From contig JBOEGF010000023.1 in NCBI GenBank assembly GCA_050633305.1, positions 128,001-192,000 of the forward strand: a stretch of DNA of 64,000 bases, in the 5' to 3' direction. Of the stretch, positions 30,329-39,802 are shown in pieces. The notes under the pieces were generated by a model. The model made no database searches, was not told where the DNA came from, and saw only the letters and a program-made list of their open reading frames with translations. The stretch's first letter is position 1; every line of letters begins with the position of its first letter. Source of the stretch: Nannocystales bacterium. Its GTDB lineage: Bacteria; Myxococcota_A; Polyangia; Nannocystales; Nannocystaceae. Both the position numbers and the translations under genes were made by a program.

Positions 30329-31408
30329 ATGTTGACGGCGACTGCCGTGGGCGCTTGCCTCTGCGCGCTGTTGGTCGTGCAGCCACCCGAGCCGGCGGCT
30401 CCCCGACCGACCCGCGTCGAGCTCGGCCTCGCCGCCGAAGACGAGCTGTTGAACGATCAGGACGTGGAGCTGACGCTCGCAGCCCATCTCGCCGACGCCG
30501 AGCTCCACGCCCATGTCGACGCCCTGGGCCCCGGCGATCTGTTGGACCGCATCGCATGGGCCGAGGCCAACGTGGACGCCGACGTTCTGGCCGTATTCTT
30601 TACGGAGCGCGTCGACGATGGCGGGCGCCGCCTGTATCTGCTGGAGCCGCAGAGCGGCGGGCTGTGGGTCCGGGAACTACCCCGCACCGCCGATGACGAC
30701 CTGCTCCTCGAGACCCTGGGCGCGATGGTGCGCGGAATCTCGACGGCGCTGCATGAGGGGCCGCCGCGCGGCATGACTGAGGTCGCGCGTCCCGACCAGA
30801 TCCAGCCCGACTCCGACTCCGACTCCGAGCCGGTTGCTCCCGTCCAGCCTGCGCCGGATCCCGAGCCGGTTGCTCCGCCGCCCCGGACGCTCGTGACGGT
30901 CACCGGGGCGTACCTCGGCAGCATGTTCGCCCGGACGCACCCCTGGCAAAGCGGAGGCGCACTCGGGGTGAACGTGGAGCTGCCGGCCCACGCTGTCCTT
31001 GGCATTCGGGTCGGGGTGTTTGCCCCGGCTCGGGTCGGGGGCCCACCGGACCTCGATATGTGGAGAATCCCGGTTCGGCTGCACGGGGCGTATCGATTCC
31101 TGACCCGCTCGGACGTTCGCCCCGAAATCGGCTTGGGCATGGTGGTGGGCACGCTCACCTGGCGCGGCGCGAAGGCTCAGGCCGGGTCAAACGCGCAGCC
31201 GGGGCAGGCGGTGCGAATCGCGCTCTCTCCGCAGGCTGGGATCCAGTGGAGAGTCGTGGGCGGGCTCGGGGTTCACCTCAACACGATGCTGGACGTGTGG
31301 CTGTCCAACGCGGACCTCGTTGTCGAAGATGGTTCGGCGCGCCGTTCGCAGCTCCGCCCGTACGCGGTCACCGTGGCGCTCGAGGCGGGCCTCCAATACA
31401 CATTTTAG
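30329..31408 (+). CDS. Hypothetical exported protein: N-terminal domain, Pro/Asp linker, C-terminal beta-barrel
   Basis: AGGAGG RBS, signal peptide, terminal EAGLQYTF. Confidence 0.75.
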   Translation: MLTATAVGACLCALLVVQPPEPAAPRPTRVELGLAAEDELLNDQDVELTLAAHLADAELHAHVDALGPGDLLDRIAWAEANVDADVLAVFFTERVDDGGRRLYLLEPQSGGLWVRELPRTADDDLLLETLGAMVRGISTALHEGPPRGMTEVARPDQIQPDSDSDSEPVAPVQPAPDPEPVAPPPRTLVTVTGAYLGSMFARTHPWQSGGALGVNVELPAHAVLGIRVGVFAPARVGGPPDLDMWRIPVRLHGAYRFLTRSDVRPEIGLGMVVGTLTWRGAKAQAGSNAQPGQAVRIALSPQAGIQWRVVGGLGVHLNTMLDVWLSNADLVVEDGSARRSQLRPYAVTVALEAGLQYTF

Positions 31409-31469
31409 GCCAGCGGAGCGGCTAAGATGGACCACGCGCGGACGGGTCCGGCCATGCTCTCGAATTTTG

Positions 31470-31498
31470 TCATCCATTTTGCCCTGTTCGGATCCTCT
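31470..31498 (+). promoter_or_regulatory. Putative autoregulatory ECF promoter type A: TCATC-N19-CCTCT
   Basis: Ends 10 nt before the ATG at 31509 of the ECF gene; AT-rich upstream. Confidence 0.72.
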
Positions 31499-31508
31499 GG
31501 ACCGGCAG

Positions 31509-32144
31509 ATGACGCTCGCGCACGCAGCTCTGACGTGGGATTGGCCGATGGCTGAACCCGTCAATGTGCACGCGATCGATCTCGCGCTCGCCGAAGCCGC
31601 GGCTCGCAAGGAACCCGAAGCGTCCCGTGTCCTCGCCGCCCGTGCCTTGCGGCTGGTGCGGCCGATCGTTCGCTCGATTTGCTCGGACCGGTCCGAGCAA
31701 GACGATGCGCTTCAGCTCGCGCTCATGGAGGTGCTGCGGGCGACCGGGAGTTACCGCGGAACAGGTTCCCTCGACGGTTGGATCCGACGCATCTCAACCC
31801 GCGCTGTGATGCGTGACGCGAAGAAGAACCGGACGTCACGGATGCGCGTCGAGAGCACGGACACTCCGTACAGTCGCGAGGGTGTTTCGATGAACCTGAC
31901 GATGCTCGAGACGCTCCCGCGTCCCCTCGAGTTCTACCTGGGCGCGCTTCCTGAGGCCCAACGGGTCGCACTGGTTCTGCGACATGCAGTCGGACACAGC
32001 GTCGTCGAGGTCGCCGACATGACCGCGGCACCCGTTCCCACGGTCCGATCCCGGATCAAGAAAGCACAGCAAGAGCTGCGCCGACTCATCCAGCGCGACC
32101 TCAACCTCGGCCTCTCCGCAACGCAGGGGATCAAGACCTCATGA
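31509..32144 (+). CDS. ECF RNA polymerase sigma factor
   Basis: DDALQLALMEVL, YRGTGSLDGWIRRI, LPEAQRVALVL, SVVEVA..PVPTVRSRI. Confidence 0.93.
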   Translation: MTLAHAALTWDWPMAEPVNVHAIDLALAEAAARKEPEASRVLAARALRLVRPIVRSICSDRSEQDDALQLALMEVLRATGSYRGTGSLDGWIRRISTRAVMRDAKKNRTSRMRVESTDTPYSREGVSMNLTMLETLPRPLEFYLGALPEAQRVALVLRHAVGHSVVEVADMTAAPVPTVRSRIKKAQQELRRLIQRDLNLGLSATQGIKTS

Positions 32145-33412
32145 GTCCGCAGTCCGATTTTCGTGATGCACGCTGGCGGAAGCTCCGTGACGCGCAGGCG
32201 CTCGATGAGCCTCTCGACGCACACGACGAGGAGTTCCTGTCCTCGTACGAACCCCGAGGCGCGGCAGAGCAGGCCGAGGCCGAGCTGATGGGTGCCCTCG
32301 TGGGGCTTGCCGATGGCGACTCCAAGCGGCCGGGCGGGATCGCCGATGATGCTGCGCTTCTCGACCGTGTCGTGGAGGGCTACTGTAACGAGGCGCCGCG
32401 AGCCCTGACCGCTGAGTCGTCCGACGCCTCGAACACCAAGCCCGGACGACGCGGCTGGATTGTCGCCGTCATCGGCCTGGGGGTGACCGCGGCGGCAGCT
32501 CTTGTGGCGGTGGCTTTGGGCGCAACAACGCCCACACCCCGTACGCATGCCCCCATGCTGGCGGGCATCCCCGAACCTGCCTGGGCTCCGCCCGAGGCAC
32601 CCCGACCGAGCGAAGAGGGGCCCAGCGACCAACGCTCGGGGTTCGTCCTCGCCTCCGGTGGACTTCAGGCCGCTGCGCCGAGCGGGGCCCGCAAGCCGGC
32701 CTCTGGAGCGCTGCGGCACGGCACGTACCACGTCGGCGACGAAGAAACCTGTATCGCCTACGACACAGCGACCACCTGCTTGGGGCCCGGCGCAACGGTG
32801 CGTATCTCGAACACCGGTGTCGATGTGCTGGAACTCGTCGACGGCGATGCGACGGTGACACTTGAGGCTCCGACCCAACGCGTGTTCACGGTCGTTGTCG
32901 CGGGAGCCCGCTACGAGGCACGCGAGCCCACGGTCACGCACCTTTCCTTCGCCCGAAAGACTCGCGCGGCTTCAGTCAGCGTCGAACGCGGGTCGATCTC
33001 GAGGGTCGACGGCGCACGGCGGACGGCAATGACGGCAGCCCGCGCTCGGCCCAAGGCCAAGATTCCGGACGCCAAAGCGTTGCTGCAGCAAGCCCGGATC
33101 AAACGCGCGACGGGAGACACCGCAGGTGCGACCAAGGCCTACGCCATGCTCTTGGAGCACTACCCCAAAGCACCTGCGTCGGCGCCCAGTATGGTGACCC
33201 TCGCGGAACTGTACCTCTCGCAAGGCCAAGCCAAGCGAGCGCTGAAGTGGTTCGACCGCTACTCCAAACGTGGGGGGTCGCTGGACGAAGAGGCTCGGTA
33301 CGGTGCCATTCGGGCCCTGAAAAAGTTGGGTCGGCGCGGCGAAGCCAGCAAGCGCGCCGATGAATTTCGCAGACGCTACCCGAACAGCGGCTACGCTTCC
33401 AAGCTCCCGTGA
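32141..33412 (+). CDS. Putative anti-sigma factor (TM + FecR-like beta domain + TPR)
   Basis: ATGA overlap with the ECF gene; TM WIVAVIGLGV; LELVDG..VSVERG; C-terminal TPR ending YPNSGYA. Confidence 0.8.
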   Translation: MSPQSDFRDARWRKLRDAQALDEPLDAHDEEFLSSYEPRGAAEQAEAELMGALVGLADGDSKRPGGIADDAALLDRVVEGYCNEAPRALTAESSDASNTKPGRRGWIVAVIGLGVTAAAALVAVALGATTPTPRTHAPMLAGIPEPAWAPPEAPRPSEEGPSDQRSGFVLASGGLQAAAPSGARKPASGALRHGTYHVGDEETCIAYDTATTCLGPGATVRISNTGVDVLELVDGDATVTLEAPTQRVFTVVVAGARYEAREPTVTHLSFARKTRAASVSVERGSISRVDGARRTAMTAARARPKAKIPDAKALLQQARIKRATGDTAGATKAYAMLLEHYPKAPASAPSMVTLAELYLSQGQAKRALKWFDRYSKRGGSLDEEARYGAIRALKKLGRRGEASKRADEFRRRYPNSGYASKLP

Positions 33413-34584
33413 ACGCCATGCGATCGTTGCGTTGGCTGGTGTTGGGAAGTCTGTGGCTCGCCGGGTGCCGGGTCGAATTCGTCACAGGGCAGCTCGAAGC
33501 CGAAGGGTTCGAGACCGAACCCACGCAGACCTCGTCGACTGGATCATCGACCGTTGCGGGCTCCACGTCTCTGGAGACCGACGGTCTCTCCTCGGAGAGC
33601 GCGGCGGGAGAAACATTCCTCGATACGACCGGCCCTCGGCCGGAATGTGAGGCGCCCAAGGGCCACTCGATCTGCGACACGGACGATGATCCGATGCACG
33701 CAATTGGGCTCGGCTGTGACTCGGGTCCCTTCGACTCGACGCCTGTCTTCGAAGCCTCGCTCACCTCGCCCGACCCAGCCGGGTTTCGTGTCGTGCGGCA
33801 GTTTGGCAACGATGCATTCGTGCCCCGCGAGGGGGTCAGTCTGCTTGTGCTCAGCACCGGCTCCCTTCCCGAACCGGACCAGAGCGACGTATTGCTGGTC
33901 CCGATGGGGCAAGCGGGCGAGCCGGGCCCAGGCAACGGCAACCCAGATGGCGCGGCCCTCCCGGCCCCCATCCTCGCGGAGTCGGGGACCAACGGGACGC
34001 CCTTTCAGGGATGCGACGGCGTGGGTGATTGCAGTGACTCCCTGCCGGCGGCGTTCGGTGAGGGTCCCGCGAACGACCTGGTGTGGCTTCAGTTCGAGGT
34101 CGATGTGCCGCCCGGGACGTTTGGCTATCGCGCCGACATTGCGTGGTTCTCTGCCGAGTTTCCGAGCAAGGTCGGCCAACCCAACGACTTGTTCGTCTGG
34201 TGGCAGGAGAGCGAGTCTTTCACCGGAAATGTCGCCCACCTGCAAGACGGCACAGCCATGTCCGCGACGAACCTAGTCGAGACGATCATCGACCGCGGCA
34301 TCGTGGGCAACAACGCTGCGCTGCTCGGTACCGGGTTTGAGGGGACAACCCCCTCGGAGTGCAGCGTGCCCGGTGGGACGTATGCAAACTGTCCCCGAGG
34401 CGCCGGGACGGACTGGCTCGAGCTCGACGGATCCATCACGCCCGGGGAGCGCCTCCAGATCACCGTCGCCCTGTTCGACCTCGGATCCGCCGATATCGAC
34501 ACGACGGTGATGGTCGACAACTGGCGGTGGAACTGCGACGGCTGCAGGACCGGCGATGACTGTGGCATCCACCCGCCGCTGTGA
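33409..34584 (+). CDS. Cys-rich lipoprotein, choice-of-anchor L-like
   Basis: Lipobox WLAGC; PREG.S.LVLSTG, FSAEFP, NDLF, GAGTDW, FDLG..DTTVMVDNWRW. Confidence 0.7.
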   Translation: MNAMRSLRWLVLGSLWLAGCRVEFVTGQLEAEGFETEPTQTSSTGSSTVAGSTSLETDGLSSESAAGETFLDTTGPRPECEAPKGHSICDTDDDPMHAIGLGCDSGPFDSTPVFEASLTSPDPAGFRVVRQFGNDAFVPREGVSLLVLSTGSLPEPDQSDVLLVPMGQAGEPGPGNGNPDGAALPAPILAESGTNGTPFQGCDGVGDCSDSLPAAFGEGPANDLVWLQFEVDVPPGTFGYRADIAWFSAEFPSKVGQPNDLFVWWQESESFTGNVAHLQDGTAMSATNLVETIIDRGIVGNNAALLGTGFEGTTPSECSVPGGTYANCPRGAGTDWLELDGSITPGERLQITVALFDLGSADIDTTVMVDNWRWNCDGCRTGDDCGIHPPL

Positions 34585-34676
34585 CCCAGGAACTGCCGGA
34601 GTCCGAGGAACAGCGGAGGGGTCGACCGTGACGGCCGCCCCGACGCTCGACCGCCAGCGGTCGCGGTGACACGAGG

Positions 34677-36044
34677 TCAACCTGCGGGCGGAAAGCTCAC
34701 CAAGTTGAGCCCAGCACCGGTCATGTCCGAGTATGTGTAGGGCGTGTCGAGTCCGTCTACAGTCAGCTCGATGTTGTAGCCGTTGGGGTCGATCTTGTGC
34801 GCCCGCCCGAACGGGGGCGCACCCGCCCACTGGTCGACCACCCACACAAACCCATCAATGTCGATGCTGACCCCCACCGGGATGTTGCACTCCGGCAGCG
34901 TGATCGGCGTGACCGTCCCGCTCTCCGCGTCGTAGTGCGCGACCCCGCAGACCTCATTGGTGGCGATCCACGCGTCGCCATCGCCGTCGACGGCCAGCCC
35001 GCGTAGCGTTCCGTCGATCGTGACAACCTCCTCGAAGGACTCCGCGTCGGCATCGAATCGCAGCAACCGGTTGTCGAATTCCGCGGTCACGTAAGGGTTC
35101 CCGCTCTTGTCCATCGCGATTCCGTAGAAGCGGGTCACGCCCGAGGGGCCTTCGTATCGGTCGACGGCCATCGTTTCGAAGTCGACCCGGAACAACGCGG
35201 CATTGTCCTTCCCGATCATCCAGAAGTTTCGGTTCTGATCGACCGCGCCGCCGTACATGCCACCCCACTCGGCCGAGCCGTCCCAGCTCGGGATCGAGGT
35301 CTCATCCTCGACCGTGCCCGTTTCTCCATCGAGTCGCTGGACGTGGACTGTCATGTCCGCTCCCATGGCGCTGACCCACAGGCTTGGCACCCCTGCGCAA
35401 TCCTCCGCCTGTGGGTCGCTTCCTGAGTCCCAGGCCGCTGCGCGTGCACCGGCCCAAAGCCCCGTGGTCCACAACACGCACTCGTCATCGCCCCACGCGA
35501 GGACGTCGTCGGGACCGGTCGAGGTCTGGATCTGGCCGTCGTTGTTGGAGTCCACGCAGCCGTTTTTCGGATCGGCCGCGATCTTCACGACCGACCCTCC
35601 GTCGCCTCGATTGAGAACCGCGACGTCTCCGACAAGGTTCACGGTCGTGCGGGAGGGATCGGTCGTCGTCGCCGGGCCGGTTCGGTAACGGCCGATCTCG
35701 TTGCCCGTGACGGTGTCGATCTTGCTGACCGTGCCCGCCGGAGAGTTCGCGATCCAGATGTTGCTGAACGCGACCTCGGACAAACCGCCGCTCCCCCCTT
35801 TGCTGCCCGGGCAGCCGGGCCCAGAGCCGGACCCGTTCGACCCAACATCGAGTTTCACCCCGGTACCGCCATCGTCCTCCTCAGTGGTTTCGGCCCCGGA
35901 CCCACTCTCGGTCCCGGCCGCACTGATGGGAGACGCCGTTTCCGTCCCTCCGCCTTCAGCTCCAGGGGTGAACCCCTGTCCGTCGTTCTCCACTCCGCAC
36001 CCGAGGGTGAGCACACTTACCGTCCAACACAGGCTCCACCGCAT
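34677..36044 (-). CDS. Lipoprotein with beta-propeller (Vgb/NHL-like) domain
   Basis: Lipobox LTLGC; IWIANS.GTVSKIDT, PSRTTV, GIAMD, GLAVD, PYTYSDMTG. Confidence 0.8.
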   Translation of the reverse strand: MRWSLCWTVSVLTLGCGVENDGQGFTPGAEGGGTETASPISAAGTESGSGAETTEEDDGGTGVKLDVGSNGSGSGPGCPGSKGGSGGLSEVAFSNIWIANSPAGTVSKIDTVTGNEIGRYRTGPATTTDPSRTTVNLVGDVAVLNRGDGGSVVKIAADPKNGCVDSNNDGQIQTSTGPDDVLAWGDDECVLWTTGLWAGARAAAWDSGSDPQAEDCAGVPSLWVSAMGADMTVHVQRLDGETGTVEDETSIPSWDGSAEWGGMYGGAVDQNRNFWMIGKDNAALFRVDFETMAVDRYEGPSGVTRFYGIAMDKSGNPYVTAEFDNRLLRFDADAESFEEVVTIDGTLRGLAVDGDGDAWIATNEVCGVAHYDAESGTVTPITLPECNIPVGVSIDIDGFVWVVDQWAGAPPFGRAHKIDPNGYNIELTVDGLDTPYTYSDMTGAGLNLVSFPPAG

Positions 36045-36055
36045 GGTGTTCGTGC

Positions 36056-36083
36056 AGTGCGATACCGCGGCGCGGGATGATGA
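36056..36083 (-). promoter_or_regulatory. Putative ECF promoter type A: TCATC-N18-GCACT
   Basis: Ends 11 nt before the ATG at 36044. Confidence 0.65.
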
Positions 36084-36099
36084 AATTATTCTCCGGGAC

Positions 36100-37074
36100 T
36101 CACGCAGCGCAGCCGATCGGGCTGCTCGAGACAGCCACATCGTCGAACCAGACCTGGCCGAGCGCGCCGCTGTAGTTTTGGCCGCCGATCTTCAGAACGC
36201 TGTACATCGGGGACCAGCCTGTGACTCCTTGCTGCCAGTCCGTGACGTGCATGGCGGAGATCTCCGCGCCATCGATCGACAGCCGAAACTCGTCGTTGGC
36301 CCCGTCAAACGTGGCTTCAATGCAGTACCAGGTGTTGGCATCGAGGACGACACCTGGCGCGTCCGAGGGCTCGCCACCCGTGACCGCTCCGTTGGAGAAC
36401 TGGGTGTATTCCGGCCCGCTGCCCAGAAGGTTCACATCGACCATGACGTCCCCGGAGCCAAAGTTGGTGCTCGCCCCCAGGCGCATCTCGGCGCCATTGG
36501 AGGGCGCGTCGGCGGCCACGAGGTAGGAGACATGACCGCCCATCTGGGCCATCGGCTGGGCAAAGCGAACGTAGGCACGTGCGAAGACGCGGTTGTCCGC
36601 AGTGGGCAGGCCCCGGGTGGGGTACACGAAGGCCCCTTGCGTGTCCGTGCTGGGGAAGGTCAACGACTGGCTGCCCGAGCGCGCGACCGTGTCATCGACG
36701 TTGGGCATGTTGCCGGGCGCTCCTGTGTACGCCCAGATCGCGTCGAGGCCGTCTTCAAAATCGTCGCAGACGATGTCGGCCCCTCCGCACGGATCGCTGC
36801 TGTCGCCACTGGAGGAGCTCTCCTCTCCAGACCCGACGTCGGTCGCCGGGTCGCCGCCGGTTGGGCTCGTCGTGGAGGTCGCCGATCCCGCTGCGTCGCT
36901 CGTGACGCTCCCCTCGGGTGCGTTGGTGGACCTCGAGTCGCCTTCTGAGGTCGCAACGCCAGCTCCACTCCCGGCCAGGCCGCTCGAACCCGACGCAGAC
37001 GCCTCCTGGACGTCATCTTGCCCGCATGCGCACAGCGCCAGCACCGCCCCACAGACCCACGCCCGCTTGATCAC
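36100..37074 (-). CDS. Lipoprotein with Cip1-like (polysaccharide-lyase-like beta-sandwich) domain
   Basis: CDDFE..VDDTVARSGSQSL..ARAYVR..HVSY..MRLG..WYCIE..NYSG..VWFDDVAVS..PIGC parallels fungal Cip1; lipobox ALCAC. Confidence 0.72.
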   Translation of the reverse strand: MIKRAWVCGAVLALCACGQDDVQEASASGSSGLAGSGAGVATSEGDSRSTNAPEGSVTSDAAGSATSTTSPTGGDPATDVGSGEESSSSGDSSDPCGGADIVCDDFEDGLDAIWAYTGAPGNMPNVDDTVARSGSQSLTFPSTDTQGAFVYPTRGLPTADNRVFARAYVRFAQPMAQMGGHVSYLVAADAPSNGAEMRLGASTNFGSGDVMVDVNLLGSGPEYTQFSNGAVTGGEPSDAPGVVLDANTWYCIEATFDGANDEFRLSIDGAEISAMHVTDWQQGVTGWSPMYSVLKIGGQNYSGALGQVWFDDVAVSSSPIGCAA

Positions 37075-37082
37075 GTCAGGCC

Positions 37083-37146
37083 AGAGGCATCCGTGACGGC
37101 GAGCCGATGAAGAAATCTTCATCGGACGCTTCCCTCACGCACCACT
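37083..37146. promoter_or_regulatory. Back-to-back divergent ECF type A promoters (37083-37110 -, 37119-37146 +)
   Basis: TCATC-N18-CCTCT and TCATC-N18-CCACT, each ending 8 nt from a GTG start; together they form the palindrome CCGATGAAGA-AA-TCTTCATCGG. Confidence 0.78.
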
Positions 37147-37154
37147 GCGCACCC

Positions 37155-38444
37155 GTGCGCGCGCTTCCCTTCGCGACCCTCGTCTCTGTGGCATTCCCCC
37201 TCGCAGGGTGTGGCGCGCCGGATGACGCAGAGGAGGTCGAAGCCACCGATCCGCAGATGGCAACGGAGGGAGAAGACCCCGCGATGCTCGGGGGGTGCGC
37301 GTTGGCCACGAACGCGGACGACAACCTGCTGCAGGCGGCCTTCGACGTCTGGAAGTCCGAGCTCGTGACCGAAGAGGGCGCAGGAGGATTTCGGCGCGTC
37401 GTTCGGCCCGACACCCCCGACGGCGTGCCGAACTCCACCGTCTCCGAGGGCATCGCATACGGAATGCTCATTGCGGTTGCCATGGACGACCAGCCACTGT
37501 TCGACGACCTGTGGCAGTACGCCCAGCTTTGGGTCGACCAGCACGGCCTGATGCAGTGGTACATCGATCCCACGGGGACGGAGGCCTGCCCAGGCCGCGA
37601 CCCCGCGGAGGTCTGCGGGGCCTCCACGGACTCCGACGAAGACATGGCGTGGGCGCTGCTCCAAGCGGCGCAACGGTGGGGAGGCTCCGGCGCGCTGTCG
37701 CAGACCTACCTCGACGCCGCGCGAGCGCAGATCGAACGCATCTACGACACCGAGGTCGAACGCGGGTTCGAAGTGATTCGACCTGGCGACACTTGGGGCG
37801 GGTACCAGCAGACGAACCCGTCGTACTTCGCCCCGGCCTACTACCGAGCGTTTGGCGTCGTCACGGACAACGTCGAGGGCTGGGACGCTGTGATCGACAG
37901 CAGCTACGAGGTGATCTTCAACAGCCTCAACGCCGACAACGGGAACACCGACAACGGGCTGGTCCCGGCGTGGTGCAACTACGAAGGCACACCCATTCCG
38001 CCGGAGCCGCCCGGTCCGGGACAGCTTCCCGACGACAACTGGCAGTACGACTCGGCGAGAATCCCATTCCGGATCGCGCAGGACGCTTGCTATCACGATG
38101 AGCCGCGTGCCCGAGACTACCTGGAGACGATCAACAGCTTCTACGCGAGCGTCGGGGTGGACAACATCATCGATGGGTATGCTCTCGACGGGACCCCGCG
38201 CCCTGACGAGCGGTCCGTCGCGCCAACGATGTCCGCGGTCTTTGTCGGCTGTGCGGGGGTGGGCATGATGGCTGACTTGGAGGGGCAAGCGTTTGTGGAC
38301 CGAGCCTACGAGCGCGTGGCGGGCCTCGACATGCTCACTCGAAGTCGCTACTACCAGCGCTCTTGGACCGTGCTGTCGATGCTGATGCTCTCCGGACGCC
38401 TTCCGCCGATCGACGCCCAGAGCCTGGCTGCCGGCTCGGGGTGA
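37155..38444 (+). CDS. GH8 endoglucanase lipoprotein
   Basis: TVSEGIAYGML, STDSDEDMA, TNPSYFAP, GLVPAW, YDSAR.P.R; lipobox PLAGC. Confidence 0.93.
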   Translation: MRALPFATLVSVAFPLAGCGAPDDAEEVEATDPQMATEGEDPAMLGGCALATNADDNLLQAAFDVWKSELVTEEGAGGFRRVVRPDTPDGVPNSTVSEGIAYGMLIAVAMDDQPLFDDLWQYAQLWVDQHGLMQWYIDPTGTEACPGRDPAEVCGASTDSDEDMAWALLQAAQRWGGSGALSQTYLDAARAQIERIYDTEVERGFEVIRPGDTWGGYQQTNPSYFAPAYYRAFGVVTDNVEGWDAVIDSSYEVIFNSLNADNGNTDNGLVPAWCNYEGTPIPPEPPGPGQLPDDNWQYDSARIPFRIAQDACYHDEPRARDYLETINSFYASVGVDNIIDGYALDGTPRPDERSVAPTMSAVFVGCAGVGMMADLEGQAFVDRAYERVAGLDMLTRSRYYQRSWTVLSMLMLSGRLPPIDAQSLAAGSG

Positions 38445-38450
38445 TGCGGC

Positions 38451-39614
38451 TCAGCCGACGACGATGACTTCGCAGGGGAAACTCGCCTCCACATCGTGAG
38501 GCTGCCCATCCTGAAGCGCGTCGCAGTTCTCTCCCAGCAGCCGTAGGGTTGACTCGTCAACGAGCTCCCAGTCGTCTGGGCACGTCAGGTCCACGCCGTC
38601 GAGTTCCACATCCCCAGCTGCGCAGGCCTCGGCGACATCGAGGATCTCGCCGTTGATCTCAAACTCGCACGGCACGAAGCCCGCCACCAAGCTGTTGAAC
38701 GCGTCTGCGAGCGCGGCGGGATCGTTGGCCGTGAACAGCGTTGCCGGGTCGGCGGGTGCCGGGTCGTCCACCCAGTCGTCCGTCCACTCGTCGAACGCGG
38801 GGTCGTCGTCGTAGCGGGCGCGGCCACCTCCCACGTTCGCAAGATGTTGGAGGTGCTCGAGGTCGGTGATGCTGTCTCCGACCGCGATCACGAACACCTT
38901 GATGTCCATGTCGAACAGCTGCTGTGCGGCATCCACCGCCACGCCCTTGCTGGCTCCCGCGCACGCATCTGGGCACGCGCACGTGTCTGGGTCCCCGTCG
39001 GTGGCCACGATGACCGCTTTGGCGCCGCCGCCTTCGATTCCCGCAAGCAAGGCACCGACCTCGAGTAGGGACTCGCCCGTCGGCGTATCGTCGATCGGCA
39101 TCGCAGAGGTGTACTCCGAGGCCATTGCGGCGCGGTTCTCCAGGCTCGGCTCGATGGTTGTCAGGTCGGGACAGCCGGCCACGGCATCGCCGTCGGTGTA
39201 GAGGCTCATTCCGAAGTGGAGGTCAGACTCGAAGTCGGCGACCACGCCGTCGTCGGCATCCAGGAGCGCGGTAAACACCGCGTTCCACCGATCGACACCC
39301 GAGCCACCCAACGCATCTGACATGGAGCCCGACTGATCGAGCAAGAGCATGATCGTCGCGTCACCGGGTGTGATCTCGGCGGTTACGTCTGCGCATTCTT
39401 TCCCCGGCGGCGTGTCGGGATCGACCCCCATCACGTCCAGCTTGACCGCGGTTTCGTCGCCTTCGCCCTCGCTGTCGGTACCAGTCGTCGAACCCGGATC
39501 CGGCACCGTGTCGACCCCACCGCTCGCTGCCCCGTCGAACCCCTGCCCCGATGGCTCAGGGCTACAGGCCGTGAGGCCGAGGCACCCGAGCCCGATCAAT
39601 ACCCGCGACTGCAT
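38451..39614 (-). CDS. vWA-domain lipoprotein
   Basis: Lipobox GLTAC; MIDAS DQSGS, TPTG, VATDG. Confidence 0.88.
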   Translation of the reverse strand: MQSRVLIGLGCLGLTACSPEPSGQGFDGAASGGVDTVPDPGSTTGTDSEGEGDETAVKLDVMGVDPDTPPGKECADVTAEITPGDATIMLLLDQSGSMSDALGGSGVDRWNAVFTALLDADDGVVADFESDLHFGMSLYTDGDAVAGCPDLTTIEPSLENRAAMASEYTSAMPIDDTPTGESLLEVGALLAGIEGGGAKAVIVATDGDPDTCACPDACAGASKGVAVDAAQQLFDMDIKVFVIAVGDSITDLEHLQHLANVGGGRARYDDDPAFDEWTDDWVDDPAPADPATLFTANDPAALADAFNSLVAGFVPCEFEINGEILDVAEACAAGDVELDGVDLTCPDDWELVDESTLRLLGENCDALQDGQPHDVEASFPCEVIVVG

Positions 39615-39623
39615 TACGGGGGC

Positions 39624-39651
39624 AGAGGCGACGAGCCGCGCGAACCACTGA
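39624..39651 (-). promoter_or_regulatory. Putative ECF promoter type A variant: TCAGT-N18-CCTCT
   Basis: T-tract upstream; ends 9 nt before the ATG at 39614. Confidence 0.6.
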
Positions 39652-39802
39652 AAAAAAAACGCGGTGGCCGCAGCGGGCCTGAACCTGGTCTTCGCCGCGA
39701 TGCGTATCTCGGCGGAGACCCCGCGGCTCGCCGCCGCACGAACCCTCGGTCGTGTCTCCGGGGCCGGTTCTTGCAGAAGGGGCAGCGGCCCGCCGCCGCA
39801 GG

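Noticed and set aside
37104..37125. Palindrome CCGATGAAGA-AA-TCTTCATCGG as a repressor operator or terminator
   Set aside because: It is more simply explained as two back-to-back TCATC -35 elements, each with its own -10 at N18; there is no U-tract.
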